A DNA stretch of 64,000 bases from Candidatus Latescibacterota bacterium (GCA_965200315.1 OZ241362.1:4896001-4960000); one strand, 5' to 3'; positions 1-10,299 are shown, counted from the first letter of the stretch. The notes: a model not told the origin generated them from the letters alone. A program made the numbers and translations.

Positions 1-2055
1 CACGGCGGCCATTTGCTCGGTCGTGGCGGCGCGGGTGACGAGGACGTGGGATTGCGGCGCGGGTTCGAGGATGCCGGGTGGGAAGACCGCCAAAAAGTTG
101 GGCATGATGCGCTGCCAGTTGACTTGGCGCAGACTGCCGACGACCACTTCGAGCGGGACTCCTTGGACATCAAAGGTCAGCGAGTCGCCAACGCCCACGC
201 CCAAGGAGGAAGCAACGCCCGTTTCCAAGGAGACGTAGAGGGTATCGCCCGCAGGTTGGCTGCGCCATGTGCCGGCGACGATCTCTTCGGTCTCGGTGAG
301 AAAGTCGCGGTACGTGGCGCGGTATTCGTGCCGCAAGGCCCAATTGCCGCGTCGGCGTCGGTTGCTGGTGGTGGTATCGCGGAGTATGGCGCGGGTGGGT
401 TGGCCTTTGACGCTGTGGACGTGCATGGTGACGATGGGCATCTGTTGCAACAGCGGCAGATCCATCCCGGCGACGAGGGCATTTAGCCCTTGGCGCTGAT
501 CGGTTTGGATGTCGAAGAGCACGACGTTGGGGTTTTGGTCGGAGCCGACGCTTTTGATGTGGGACAGCAAGTTGGTTTGGGTCAGGAAGAGGGTGCTGAG
601 CAGAAAGGTCCCCAGCCCGAGGCCCAACATCAGCAGTGTGGTTTGGTTGTTGGGCCGATAGAGGTTGGCCAAGCCCTGACGCCAGATATAGCTCCAAGAG
701 GCGGGGAAGAACCGCCGAGTGCCGTAGATGATTGCGCGGGCCGTAAGCGTTAGGAGCGCAAAGGCGGCGCCAACCCCGCCGACAAAGCCGAGTGCCAGCG
801 CCCATTGGCCGGTGAGTCGGTAGGCAAAAAGCGCGGTCGTCAGGACGATTCCCAAGTATAAAGCCCAGCGCAGCAAGCCGCCGTCGGCTGGTTGATCGTC
901 TTCAAACGAGGCGCGCAGGGTCAAAAGCGGCGAGGTCTTGCGGATGGCCAGCAGCGGGCGGGCGGCAAACAGCAGCGACAGGCCAAGGCCGAGGCCGAGG
1001 CCCTCCAAGACGGCGAGGAGATCAAAGCTTGGCTCGACTTGGAGGGGTAGCACATCGGCGAGGACATTGGGGAGCAGATAAAGGACTCCGACGCCGAGCA
1101 GGGCACCAACGAGCGAGCCGATCAAGCCCATGCCTCCGGCTTGGATTAGATAGATCAAGACGGTCTGACGGGCCGTGGCCCCGAGACTGCGCAGCACCGC
1201 GACGGTGGGTAGTTTCTGCCGAGTATAGGTGTGGATGGCACTGGCCACGCCCACGCCGCCGAGCAGCAGGGCGATAAAGCTGCCGAGGTTTAAGAAGCGA
1301 TAGAGGTTGTTGAGGGTGCGGCCTAGGCGCGCTTTGCGGCTGTCGATGGTTTCGAGCCGGAGGCGGTCGCCTCGGGTGTGAGGGCGGATGGACTGGGCTA
1401 GTGCTTGGACATCTCGCTCGGGGAAGCGGAAGAAGGCGGTGTAGGTGACGCGGCTGCCCCGTTGGATCAGGCGAGTGCGGTCGAGGTAGGACATCGGGAT
1501 ATAGACGCGCGGCTGGATGTCGCTGAAGAGGGCGTTCTCGCCGGGGATGCGCAGGAGCCGCCCACCAATGCGGAAGACCGTGTCGCCGATCTTGATCGAG
1601 TCGCCGACTGCCGCGCCAAACTGCAACATGAGCGCCTCGTCAACGAGGGCTTCGGGCTGGGTGCGAAAGCCGTGCGCGGCCTCCGCCGGTGCCGTTTTTA
1701 GCTCGCCGTAAAAGGGGAAAGGGCCGGAGAGGGCGCGGATTTGGGCGAGGCGAGTGCTCTGGCTCTTGGGCAGGTAAATCATGGAGTTGAAGGCGACTTG
1801 GCGCGCCTGAATTCCGCCGAGCGAGTCGATGAGGCTCTCGGTGGCGGGCGTGAAGGGCTGGCGGCTCGTCAGCGCCATATCGGCTCCTAAGAGCGCGGCG
1901 GCTTGTTGGTCCATCGCCTCTTGCAGGGTGGAGCTGAGGCTGCCCAAGCCGACGAGCGCACCGATGCCGATGGAGATCGAAGAGGTAAAAAGCAGCAGTT
2001 TGCGGCGGTGGCTGCGGCTGTCGCGCCAAGCCATTTTGCCGATCCAGACCATCAT
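1..2055 (-). CDS. ABC transporter permease (FtsX/YbbP-like), 3' end outside the window
   Basis: Manual translation from ATG at 2055: MMVWIGKMAWRDSRSHRRKLLLFTSSISIGIGALVGLGSL...; the start overlaps the stop of the ABC ATPase (ATGA); hydrophobic segments follow. Absent from the ORF track, presumably because it has no stop inside the window. Confidence 0.85.
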   Translation of the reverse strand, partial: MMVWIGKMAWRDSRSHRRKLLLFTSSISIGIGALVGLGSLSSTLQEAMDQQAAALLGADMALTSRQPFTPATESLIDSLGGIQARQVAFNSMIYLPKSQSTRLAQIRALSGPFPFYGELKTAPAEAAHGFRTQPEALVDEALMLQFGAAVGDSIKIGDTVFRIGGRLLRIPGENALFSDIQPRVYIPMSYLDRTRLIQRGSRVTYTAFFRFPERDVQALAQSIRPHTRGDRLRLETIDSRKARLGRTLNNLYRFLNLGSFIALLLGGVGVASAIHTYTRQKLPTVAVLRSLGATARQTVLIYLIQAGGMGLIGSLVGALLGVGVLYLLPNVLADVLPLQVEPSFDLLAVLEGLGLGLGLSLLFAARPLLAIRKTSPLLTLRASFEDDQPADGGLLRWALYLGIVLTTALFAYRLTGQWALALGFVGGVGAAFALLTLTARAIIYGTRRFFPASWSYIWRQGLANLYRPNNQTTLLMLGLGLGTFLLSTLFLTQTNLLSHIKSVGSDQNPNVVLFDIQTDQRQGLNALVAGMDLPLLQQMPIVTMHVHSVKGQPTRAILRDTTTSNRRRRGNWALRHEYRATYRDFLTETEEIVAGTWRSQPAGDTLYVSLETGVASSLGVGVGDSLTFDVQGVPLEVVVGSLRQVNWQRIMPNFLAVFPPGILEPAPQSHVLVTRAATTEQMAAV

Positions 2056-2741
2056 GTAACTAGCTGATCGGCGGCCACCCGGCCGCCTTGAAGGCGAATG
2101 ATCCGCTGGGTGAGGCGGGCCAGCGTCAGATCGTGGGTGACCAGAATTAGGGTGGCCCCGGACTCCTCGTTGAGGCTGAAGAGCAGGTCTCGCACTGTGC
2201 TGCTGGTGTCGTCGTCGAGGTTGCCGGTAGGCTCGTCGGCAAACAGGAGCGCGGGGCGATTGATAAAGGCCCGGGCGAGCGCCACGCGCTGCTGCTCTCC
2301 TCCTGAAAGCTGCGCTGGGTAGTGGTGCAGCCGGTCGCCCAAGCCGACCCGGTTGAGCAGGTCAATGGCGCGTTCGCGGACGTTTGGCTCGCGGCGCAAT
2401 TCGAGCGGCACCATGGCGTTTTCAAGGGCACTGAGGGTGGGGATGAGTTGGAAGGTCTGGAAGACGAAGCCGACTTTTTCGCTGCGGAGATGCGCGCGCT
2501 GGTCTTCGTCGAGACCGCCTAAATCCACGCCGTCGAGCGCGACCGTTCCCGAGCTGGCGCGATCTAGCCCCGCGCACAATCCGAGCAGCGTGGTCTTGCC
2601 GCTGCCCGAGGGGCCGACGACCGCGCAGGTAGCTCCGGTTGCGAGGGCGAAACTCACATCGTCGAGGACGGTTAGGGCGTTTGCTCCCGTACCGTAGGTT
2701 TTGGTTAAGTGTTGGACGTTTAGGGCTATTGGGTCGCCCAT
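2052..2741 (-). CDS. ABC transporter ATP-binding protein (YbbA/LolD-like)
   Basis: Walker A GPSGSGKT, signature LSGGEQQR, Walker B/D-loop LFADEPTGNLD, H-loop LVTHD. Confidence 0.95.
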   Translation of the reverse strand: MGDPIALNVQHLTKTYGTGANALTVLDDVSFALATGATCAVVGPSGSGKTTLLGLCAGLDRASSGTVALDGVDLGGLDEDQRAHLRSEKVGFVFQTFQLIPTLSALENAMVPLELRREPNVRERAIDLLNRVGLGDRLHHYPAQLSGGEQQRVALARAFINRPALLFADEPTGNLDDDTSSTVRDLLFSLNEESGATLILVTHDLTLARLTQRIIRLQGGRVAADQLVT

Positions 2742-3637
2742 GGTGCCTCCTCTGCGGGCTGGCGGTTCAGGATGCTTAGCAGGCGGTCGGGATAGTCGGT
2801 GATTAGGCCATCGACGCCTAGGTCTAGGTAGTGCTGCATGGCATCGGGATCGTTAATGGTCCAAGCGTGGACTTGGACGTTGTGGGCGTGGGCGCGGGCG
2901 ATGAAGCACTGGTCTATCAGGTCGATTTTGCCCAAGCGGGCCGGGAACTGAAAGGCTTGGCTGGTGGGGTGATACGCCGCGTCGAGCCGCAACCAGTGGA
3001 GAAAGACAAAGGATAGTCCTGCCGAAGAAGCAGCCGAAGTCGCCACTTCGGGGCAAGCCTGGCGCAAGCTCGCTAAGGGGCGGTTGTGGAAGGAGGCGGC
3101 GATGACGCGGTCGCTTAGCTTGAAGCGCTGGATTGTGCGGCAGAAGTCGCTTACTAATGAGGCGGAGTCGTCTTTGATTTCGATGAGAAAGCGCATGTTG
3201 GGAAAGGCTGTAAACACCTCGTCTAGGGTGGGGATGGCGACCCCTTGGCCGCGATAGGGAAAGGTTTGGCCGTCTAAACTGAAGTGGTAGCCGGCGTCTA
3301 GCTGCTTCAATTGGGCCAATCTCAGGCTATCGACTGCGCCTTGGCCGTTGGTCGTGCGGTCAACGCGCCGGTCGTGCAGGACGATGAGTGCGCCGTCGCT
3401 GCTTTGGCGCAAGTCCATTTCTAGCACATCGACCCCCAACGCGGCCGAGTGGGCAAAGGCCGTCAAGGTGTTTTCCGGTGCTAGCCTCTTGCCGCCTCGA
3501 TGGGCAATGACCAAAACGTCCCCTGATGCGAAGTAGGGATGCGGCTCTACGGGGCGCGAGGTCAGGGCGAAGGCACCGTACAACACTGGTGCTAAAAGCA
3601 GCAAGGCGATCAAGGGCCGCTTGAGGAATAGACGCAT
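2726..3637 (-). CDS. glycerophosphodiester phosphodiesterase, N-terminal signal/anchor
   Basis: IAHRGG..APENTL, LEMDL, HDRRVDRTTNG, WTIND, GVDGLITDYPD. Confidence 0.92.
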   Translation of the reverse strand: MRLFLKRPLIALLLLAPVLYGAFALTSRPVEPHPYFASGDVLVIAHRGGKRLAPENTLTAFAHSAALGVDVLEMDLRQSSDGALIVLHDRRVDRTTNGQGAVDSLRLAQLKQLDAGYHFSLDGQTFPYRGQGVAIPTLDEVFTAFPNMRFLIEIKDDSASLVSDFCRTIQRFKLSDRVIAASFHNRPLASLRQACPEVATSAASSAGLSFVFLHWLRLDAAYHPTSQAFQFPARLGKIDLIDQCFIARAHAHNVQVHAWTINDPDAMQHYLDLGVDGLITDYPDRLLSILNRQPAEEAPWATQ

Positions 3638-3764
3638 GGATTATGCAGGAATTCTATCGGGAAAGTTGCACAAGAAGATACCTAACGGATGGATTCGGGC
3701 AAGTTTTGAGCTGCCCGTTTCTTCTTTATGTTCCCGTTGCATAGACAATGGAAAGGAGCCGGTG

Positions 3765-4580
3765 ATGATCGTCGATACGCACGCACATATTTACCACGCA
3801 GACGAGACGCAGTACCCCATAATAGAAGCCCCCTTTCGGCCGCAGCCGGGCGTGGGGACCATCGAACACTTGCGGCGCGAGGCCCAAGCCAACGGCGTCA
3901 GTCGCGTGGTGCTGATCCAGACGGGGTCGGCCTATCGCTGGGACAATCGGTTGTTGGCGGATACGGCCCGGGCCCATGCCGACTGGACGGTTGGGGTTTG
4001 CACGTTGGACCCGGCTGGGGATGATAGCCCCGACGAGCTGGAGCGGCTGGTGACCGGATACAACGTCAAGGGCCTCCGCCTCGAAGCGGCACCTACGGGA
4101 TACGATCAGCCTCGGGCGGAGCGGCTCTGGCGTCGGGCCGGCGAAGTCGGCGCGGTGCTCTGCGCCCATTTGCGCGAGGAACAACTCGGCGAGTTGGCCG
4201 CTCTGCTAGCGCGATTTCCCCACGTCCCGGTGGTGCTGGACCACTGCGCCTATCCGGTGGCGGCTAACGGGGTTGAGGACGCGGCCGTGCGCCAAGCAGC
4301 GGATTTGGCGCGCTTTGACCAACTCCACGCCAAACTCACCTTTGCGGTGACCAGCTCGCAGCAGGAGTATCCGTTCGCCGATACGCACCCGCAACTGCGC
4401 CATTTGCTCGCCGCCTTTGGCCCTGAGCGCTGTATCTGGGGATCGGATTTTCCGTGTGAGCACTGGTTGGGAAACGCGACCTATGCTCAGCATCTGGCGG
4501 TGTTTACCGAGGAATTGGGATTGAGCGCAACGGAGCAGGAGCAGGTGTTGGGCGAGACGGCCATGCGGCTGTTTTTTTAG
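3765..4580 (+). CDS. amidohydrolase_2 family (lactonase-like)
   Basis: IVDTHAH, VVLDH, IWGSDFP; AAGGAG RBS before ATG 3765. Confidence 0.88.
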   Translation: MIVDTHAHIYHADETQYPIIEAPFRPQPGVGTIEHLRREAQANGVSRVVLIQTGSAYRWDNRLLADTARAHADWTVGVCTLDPAGDDSPDELERLVTGYNVKGLRLEAAPTGYDQPRAERLWRRAGEVGAVLCAHLREEQLGELAALLARFPHVPVVLDHCAYPVAANGVEDAAVRQAADLARFDQLHAKLTFAVTSSQQEYPFADTHPQLRHLLAAFGPERCIWGSDFPCEHWLGNATYAQHLAVFTEELGLSATEQEQVLGETAMRLFF

Positions 4581-4750
4581 ATCCGCCCGGCGATGCGGTG
4601 TTCGGGGCCGCTGGCAAAGTACGCGCTCATGTCGAGCGGTTGCCCTTGGCCGGGCAGGGTGGCAAAATCCTCGCCCGCTATGGCTTGGGCCAACATTTCG
4701 TCAACACTGCGCCATTCGGGCTGGCCGTCGGGTTGGCGGTGGGGCGGCAT
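4577..4750 (-). pseudogene. DUF1992-like N-terminal fragment
   Basis: VDEMLAQAIAGEDFATLPGQGQPLD resembles the DUF1992 motif (A...GeFdnLpG.GkPL); very short. Confidence 0.5.
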
Positions 4751-4763
4751 GGATGAGCTTCCT

Positions 4764-5423
4764 TTACTTCTGTTCACAGACGTAATCGAAGATAACGACC
4801 GCTACATGAGCGCAAGCAGCGGTCACCGCGTTCCAGTCGTGCCACTGTGCGGCGAGGTTCTTGTATTCAGAAAGTTCAGTACTCTCTAAGTCGTAGGGCA
4901 AGGGACTAGCAAGTTGCACCTGTAATTGTTGCAGTGCGGACTCTCCATTGTCTTGGTGGTACAACCTGTCGAAAGGTCGCAGGGCTTCTGCTGTGGCTTG
5001 GTCGCCCATGCGGTGGGCGAGCGCGGCGAAGTCGATATAGTCGCGCGTTGCGTTGCGTTTGAGAATCAGTACCCCTTTGATGCGGAGAATTTCCGCTGGG
5101 GTTGGAATGGTCAACGTCGCGTCCCGATGTTGGATCGCCGTTGTTTCCAACGGCTCGCTGCGGATCAGTTGACGCACCCCGGTCTCGATTCCGTCGAGGC
5201 TCCCGAGGATTTGCACCGGGCGCATCACGCGGGCCGTCTGCCATCCAGCCGCCGATTCTAATTGGGCGAGAATCTCGTCGAATCGGCGCAGGTCGAGCAC
5301 CACGTGATCCGCGCCTTGGGAAAGGCGATGCTCGGCATGGATTGCCGCTGCGGTCCCACCTACCAGCACAGCCGCCGACAGTACGCGGTCCCAATCAGGA
5401 AGGGCTGCGATGTTTTCTGACAT
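4764..5423 (-). CDS. AbiEii/DUF1814-like nucleotidyltransferase toxin, possibly degenerate
   Basis: VLVGGTAAAIH..HRLS.GADH and KG.LILKRNATRDYIDF motifs; lies downstream of a small overlapping ORF. Confidence 0.65.
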   Translation of the reverse strand: MSENIAALPDWDRVLSAAVLVGGTAAAIHAEHRLSQGADHVVLDLRRFDEILAQLESAAGWQTARVMRPVQILGSLDGIETGVRQLIRSEPLETTAIQHRDATLTIPTPAEILRIKGVLILKRNATRDYIDFAALAHRMGDQATAEALRPFDRLYHQDNGESALQQLQVQLASPLPYDLESTELSEYKNLAAQWHDWNAVTAACAHVAVVIFDYVCEQK

Positions 5424-5622
5424 AGTGCATCCAAAAGCGATAGCGCTGAGCGCGTGGGTCGGCAGCGCAATGGGCGCAGACGCGCTCGATTTTGTCGAGC
5501 AGGGCGCGGTCTTCAAGGGGCGCCCGGCGCAGTTCGGCCCAGTCGCGCCAGCGACCGCGACAGATCACGTCGTCGATGGCGGCCAGCGTAAAGCGTTGGT
5601 GATTCAGGTGGCGGTACTGCAC
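5395..5622 (-). CDS. small putative antitoxin partner of the nucleotidyltransferase
   Basis: 75 aa, TLAAIDDVICRGRWRDWAELRR; overlaps the start of the toxin-like gene; AAGGAAG RBS. Confidence 0.55.
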   Translation of the reverse strand: MQYRHLNHQRFTLAAIDDVICRGRWRDWAELRRAPLEDRALLDKIERVCAHCAADPRAQRYRFWMHYVRKHRSPS

Positions 5623-5779
5623 GGTTGCTTCTTCCTTTTGCGCGAGGGCCCGGTCTAAGTAAAAATAAACAGCGGCCCGAGGTGAGTAAATCTCTTGTCG
5701 CGGTCGTGTGTACTATGGACGACACAGTGGATTATAGCCGGATGTGCTCTTTTGGGTCGCCGACTTGATGGAGTTTGAT

Positions 5780-6631
5780 ATGGGTTCGGTGGCAGTCATT
5801 GGATCAGCGACGATAGACCGCGTGGTGCAAGGCGGTGTGGGTGCGTACAAGCGCGGGGGGGTGGTTGTGTATGCTGGGCTGACCCTTGCCGAATTGGGCG
5901 TAAAGACGCGGGTGTTGACTAATGTCGCTGCGGCCGACCGGGCGATGCTGGCGGTGTTGCAGCAGCGGAGTATTGCAGTCTATGTAGGCCAAAGCGCGGC
6001 GACGACCTGTTTTGTCAACTATGTGGATGGCGACGCACGGCGGCAGGAGTTACTCGCTTGCGCCGCGCCGATTGCCGCAGCCCAGCTTGGGCCGGTGCTC
6101 GCCGGCGTGGAGCACGTGCATTTGGGGCCGCTGCATCCGCATGATCTGGCCGAGGATGTGCTAGCGGCGATAGACGGCGTGGTGAGCTTGGACATCCAAG
6201 GCTACGTGCGGCGGGTTGAGGGGACGCAGGTGGACCAAGGGGTTGCTAGCGGTCTGTATGCTGCTCTGCAATGCGCGGATTATGTCAAAACCTCCAGCGA
6301 TGAATTAGAACTTGTGCTCGCCGATTGCGGCCTGACGCTGGACCAGTTGATGCGCGATTGCTCGGTAGCCGAGTGGGTCGTCACCGAAGGCTCGCACGGT
6401 GGCTGGGTGGCCAGCCGGCAGGGCCAGCGGACGAAGTTTGCGTCGGCGACGGTGGCGACGGTGGCTGATCCCACGGGAGCTGGTGACGTGTTTTTCGCCG
6501 CGTATTTGGCGCATCGGCTGCATCGGGGGGTGGAGATTGCTACGGCTGCTCAGTGCGCTGCGGCGTTGGCTGCGCGCCAAGTGGAGGGTGGGTTTATTGA
6601 CGAGGCGACGTTGCGTTTGGAGGCGGGGTGA
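5780..6631 (+). CDS. PfkB family carbohydrate kinase
   Basis: VIGSATIDRV, GG at N-terminus, C-terminal ADPTGAGDVF. Confidence 0.9.
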   Translation: MGSVAVIGSATIDRVVQGGVGAYKRGGVVVYAGLTLAELGVKTRVLTNVAAADRAMLAVLQQRSIAVYVGQSAATTCFVNYVDGDARRQELLACAAPIAAAQLGPVLAGVEHVHLGPLHPHDLAEDVLAAIDGVVSLDIQGYVRRVEGTQVDQGVASGLYAALQCADYVKTSSDELELVLADCGLTLDQLMRDCSVAEWVVTEGSHGGWVASRQGQRTKFASATVATVADPTGAGDVFFAAYLAHRLHRGVEIATAAQCAAALAARQVEGGFIDEATLRLEAG

Positions 6632-6637
6632 AGTTTA

Positions 6638-6706
6638 GATGCCGTGATCAGGATTATTTCAGCTCGCAAGGCCAACAGGAATGAACAGCGACAATACGAA
6701 AGGTTC
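6638..6706 (+). pseudogene. BrnT toxin C-terminal remnant
   Basis: Translation DAVIRIISARKANRNEQRQYERF matches the BrnT C-terminal IRIISARKA motif; no 5' part present. Confidence 0.7.
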
Positions 6707-6911
6707 ATGCAAAGAATGCGATTTCTCGAAGTCTGTCCGGAATCCCTATGCAAAGCATCTTAAGAAGCAGGTTACGCTTCGTTTGGGGACGGAGGTGATC
6801 GCGTATTTTAAGGATTTGGCGGGCGAAACGGGTATTCCATACCAGAGTTTGATCAATCTGTATCTACAGGATTGCGTACAGACGAAGAAAAAGCTCAAGT
6901 GGGCGTCGTGA
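6707..6911 (+). pseudogene. BrnA antitoxin, start codon out of frame
   Basis: KECDFSKSVRNPYAK.LKKQVTLRL...VIAYFK..A.ETGIPYQSLINLYL; the ATG at 6707 is out of frame with this body. Confidence 0.7.
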
Positions 6912-6925
6912 TCTAAAAGACGGTT

Positions 6926-7540
6926 TCATTCACAGGCAGCGTATTCACTACCGTTCACGAAAAATCGTTGGACATATTGACGTAAAGCCTTGTTGATCTT
7001 TGCATCAATCCGTTTCAGCAAATCGCCTGCGTGCCTGATTTTGTGGTAACTCTTCTGCGTGTCCTTCGTCGCCTCACGTAAGGAGCTTGCAACGTCAGTA
7101 TTGGCATCCGGTGTTCGTACGCGAATGTTGATCACCGGATGCCTTCGCTGGAAAGTATAGTAAAAATATGGCTCGACTCCCGGCGGAGTCGCTTCTTCAA
7201 TGGTCTCGTCGATGATATTGACCCGGGGGCCGATAGTGTAAAACGACAGACGATACCTTAATGGTTGGTCAATTTCCGAAAACGCACCGATTTCGACTTC
7301 TATTGTCGGCTGTTGGTGGTAATCGCCCTTCCACGACCACTCCTGTGCCCCACCCCCGTCCCGGATTGCGGCAGCGAAATCCGTCGGCGTGGCACGCAGG
7401 AGTTCCAATACCTCGATGAAATTCGTTTTCCCCGCTGCGTTTGGGCCGATAAGGACGTTCAATGGTTGCAATTCAAAGAAGTCCATATCGGGCGGAAACG
7501 ACAGCAAGCCACCCATGCGAAGGCGTTGGATGAATTGCAT
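6926..7540 (-). pseudogene. AAA_21-type ATPase N-terminus fused to a DUF4276-like C-terminal remnant
   Basis: LQPLNVLIGPNAAGKTNFIEVL (Walker A) with no signature or Walker B; ends in LREATKDTQKSYHKIRHAGDLLKRID. Confidence 0.6.
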
Positions 7541-7594
7541 TGGATTTGCCGTCCTCAAACGCTGCTGGGTATGAAGGTCCGATCGAAGTAAAGT

Positions 7595-8443
7595 TCAGCA
7601 CTCGGCGCCGCGCACTTCGCCGCCGAAGTGCTGCAGGCGCTCATCGGTGTCGATTTGGCCGGCGTTGGTGGGGCGGTAGTGTAGTTGCAGGGCGCGGCGC
7701 ATTTTTTGCGAGGGGTTGGTCGGGCTGCCGTGGTGGGTCATGCCGTGCCAGAGCAGGCAACCGCCAGGGGCGAGGGGCACGACGACGTCGCGCTCGGTCT
7801 GGACGTCGGTGTCGCATATCTGCCAATCGCGGCGCTTGAAGTGATGGACTGGACCCTCGCGGTGTGTGCCGGGCAGGATGTGCAGGCAGCCGTTGCTCGC
7901 GTCGGCGTGGTCGAGGGCGATCCAGACGCCGATGATGGTGGTGCCCAGAGGATAGTTGAAGTACGCGCAGTCTTGGTGCCAAGGTTTTTCGCGGCCTCTG
8001 GGCGGCTTGAGCAGGGCCATCTCTTGGAACAGAACGGGCGTGTCGTCCATCAGGCGGGCGAGGACGTCCAATAGGCCCGGGTCGGTGGCTAGGGGTTGGA
8101 AGCGCACATCCCAATCGACGAACTTCATCAGCTTGCGCACGGCCCTACGCCGCGCCGCGCCCGTCAGCTTTTGGCCCTGCGCGGCGACTTCCAACTGGAC
8201 GCCGCGAAATTCGGGCTGCTTGCCGTCAATTAGATCGTACACTGCGTTGGCGGCGTCGGCGACTTGGGCCGGAGAAAACGCCTCTGCTATCACGAGATAA
8301 CCCTGTTGGCGAAAGAAGGCTAGCTGCTCGGCGCCTATGTCGGCGAAGCGGGCGACCTGCTGGGCCTCGGCGTCGTAGCGATAGAGGCCCGGGGCGTAGT
8401 CGGCATGGACGCCGTCGTCCACGATGGGTTGGGCACTGGTCAT
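7595..8443 (-). CDS. phytanoyl-CoA dioxygenase (PhyH) family 2OG-Fe(II) oxygenase
   Basis: FFRQQGYL, PWHQD, VWIALD...NGCL..LPGTH, HHGSPTN; start reassigned to ATG 8443. Confidence 0.9.
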   Translation of the reverse strand: MTSAQPIVDDGVHADYAPGLYRYDAEAQQVARFADIGAEQLAFFRQQGYLVIAEAFSPAQVADAANAVYDLIDGKQPEFRGVQLEVAAQGQKLTGAARRRAVRKLMKFVDWDVRFQPLATDPGLLDVLARLMDDTPVLFQEMALLKPPRGREKPWHQDCAYFNYPLGTTIIGVWIALDHADASNGCLHILPGTHREGPVHHFKRRDWQICDTDVQTERDVVVPLAPGGCLLWHGMTHHGSPTNPSQKMRRALQLHYRPTNAGQIDTDERLQHFGGEVRGAEC

Positions 8444-8670
8444 GTCTGGTCCTCGTCTTCTTGGCCGACTGACGGGTCCCGGATCAAAATTGCCAAGGGA
8501 ATGAGCACGCAGTAGCCGACCACTAGGAGTACCGGCGCTAGGGTGAGGGATAAGAAACCCTCGGCTGGCGGGATGCGCAAAAACACATAGCCGAGCACGA
8601 TCACGGCTAAGCCGGCTATGGCCAAGTACCAGTTTTTGCGCGTAAAAGGCAGGTCTCCGCGTGGGGCCAT
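8440..8670 (-). CDS. small two-TM membrane protein (DUF3098-like)
   Basis: LPFTRKNWYL..GL.VIVLGY...SLTLAPVLLVVGY. Confidence 0.7.
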   Translation of the reverse strand: MAPRGDLPFTRKNWYLAIAGLAVIVLGYVFLRIPPAEGFLSLTLAPVLLVVGYCVLIPLAILIRDPSVGQEDEDQT

Positions 8671-8684
8671 GGCGCAGCCTCGGC

Positions 8685-9038
8685 TCAGCGCGCCCGCTTT
8701 TCGCGGATGCGAGCGGCGCGGCCTTTGCGACCGCGCAGGTAAAAGAGGCGGGCGCGGCGCACCCGGCCTTCGCGCAGGCGCTCGATCTTGGCGATGCGCG
8801 GCGAGTGCATGGGAAAGATGCGCTCGATGGCGATGCCCTGAGAGATCTTGCGCACGGTAAAAGTCTCTTGGATACCGCTGCCTCTGCGTTGGATGACGGT
8901 TCCTTCAAAGATTTGGGTGCGCTCCTTGTCGCCCTCGATGACCCGCACGTGGATGCGCACGGTGTCGCCCGCGCCGAATTCGGGAAGATCGGTTTTGAGT
9001 TGGTCCGAGGTTAGTTCGCGCAGGATACTTGCGTCCAT
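8685..9038 (-). CDS. rplS: 50S ribosomal protein L19
   Basis: [49 protein letters not shown]. Confidence 0.98.
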   Translation of the reverse strand: MDASILRELTSDQLKTDLPEFGAGDTVRIHVRVIEGDKERTQIFEGTVIQRRGSGIQETFTVRKISQGIAIERIFPMHSPRIAKIERLREGRVRRARLFYLRGRKGRAARIREKRAR

Positions 9039-9052
9039 TGTATCACCTTTTG

Positions 9053-9793
9053 TTACGGGGCTTCTTCCAGCCCTTGCTCGTGCCAAGTGGCGATGAGCTG
9101 TTGTTCTTCTTCGTCGAGTTCGAGCTGTTGCAGCAAGTCGGGGCGGCGCGCAAACGTGCGCCGCAGGGCTTGGCGTCGCCGCCAGTGCTCTATGCGTGCG
9201 TGATCGCCCGAAAGCAACGCATCCGGGACGCGCTGGCCGCGAAATTCAACCGGCCGCGTGTACCAAGGACAATCGAGAACGACCTCTTGGAACGAGTCGT
9301 CCAAGGCCGAAGAAAAGTTGCCCAAAACGTTGGGTATGAGCCGCACCACCGCGTCGATGAGGACGAGGGCGGCCGGCTCGCCGCCGGTGAGCACGTAGTC
9401 GCCGATTGAAATTTCACGGTCGATAAGCCCGGTGCGGATCCGCTCATCTACTCCTTTGTAATGCCCGCACAACAACACCAACTGCTCCTCGAGCGCCAAC
9501 TCGACGGCGAGCGCTTGGTTGAGTGGCTGGCCGTCGGCCGTTAGGTAAATGCAGCGGCCGGCTGCTAGGCCCCGCTCTTGCCAAAGCTGGTACACGGGCT
9601 CGGGCTTGAGGACCATGCCGCCGCCGCCGCCGTAAGGCGCGTCATCCACGGTGCGGTGTTTGTCGGTTGCACAATCGCGCGGGTCGTGGCTCTCAACGGT
9701 CAACAAGCCCCGGGCGATGGCGCGGGCCATCATGCTGGTTGCCAACGGTGAGGCAAAGAAATCCGGAAAGAGGGTTACGATGTCTATTCTCAT
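9053..9793 (-). CDS. trmD: tRNA (guanine37-N1)-methyltransferase
   Basis: [51 protein letters not shown]. Confidence 0.98.
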   Translation of the reverse strand: MRIDIVTLFPDFFASPLATSMMARAIARGLLTVESHDPRDCATDKHRTVDDAPYGGGGGMVLKPEPVYQLWQERGLAAGRCIYLTADGQPLNQALAVELALEEQLVLLCGHYKGVDERIRTGLIDREISIGDYVLTGGEPAALVLIDAVVRLIPNVLGNFSSALDDSFQEVVLDCPWYTRPVEFRGQRVPDALLSGDHARIEHWRRRQALRRTFARRPDLLQQLELDEEEQQLIATWHEQGLEEAP

Positions 9794-10299
9794 GGTTTGA
9801 ATAGCTCTTCAATGGCCCGCACGACGACCCGCCCCGGCGCGATTTCTACGACAAAGTCGCCGACGGCTGGTACGAGGGCTTCGCCTTTATCGCCGCGAAC
9901 CACGTAGGCGTCTGTGGTCGGCATGGATAAGACATCGACGATGTGGCCCAATGGCTCTCCTGCCGAATTGACGACCGCGCAATCCACTAGGTCGTCGATG
10001 TAGTGCATGCCTTCCGGTAGGGGATCGCGCTGATCTGGGGCGATGGTGACATAGCCCCCGGCCAAGATTGAACGCGCCTGTTCGGGCGAGTCGATGCCAG
10101 CGAATTTGAGCAACAAGCTCTTGGCATCTGTGCGCCAGCGCTCGAGTTTGAGCGGTTGGTCGGGGCGGCCCGCGCATTGGAGGACGACGTCCCGCAGGTC
10201 GCTGAAGCGCTCGACGCGGTGCGTCAAGGCTTGAGCCCGAACTTCGCCGCGCAGTCCCCACGGGCGGGAGATATAGGCTACGGCGACGCGCCCGGCCAT
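9790..10299 (-). CDS. rimM: 16S rRNA processing protein RimM
   Basis: PWGLRGEV, HYIDDLVDCAV, position between rpsP and trmD. Confidence 0.92.
   Translation of the reverse strand: MAGRVAVAYISRPWGLRGEVRAQALTHRVERFSDLRDVVLQCAGRPDQPLKLERWRTDAKSLLLKFAGIDSPEQARSILAGGYVTIAPDQRDPLPEGMHYIDDLVDCAVVNSAGEPLGHIVDVLSMPTTDAYVVRGDKGEALVPAVGDFVVEIAPGRVVVRAIEELFKP

Noticed and set aside
7595-8908. 437-aa ORF with a long N-terminal extension
   Set aside because: The extension overlaps rplS and the DUF3098-like gene; the PhyH domain begins at 8443.
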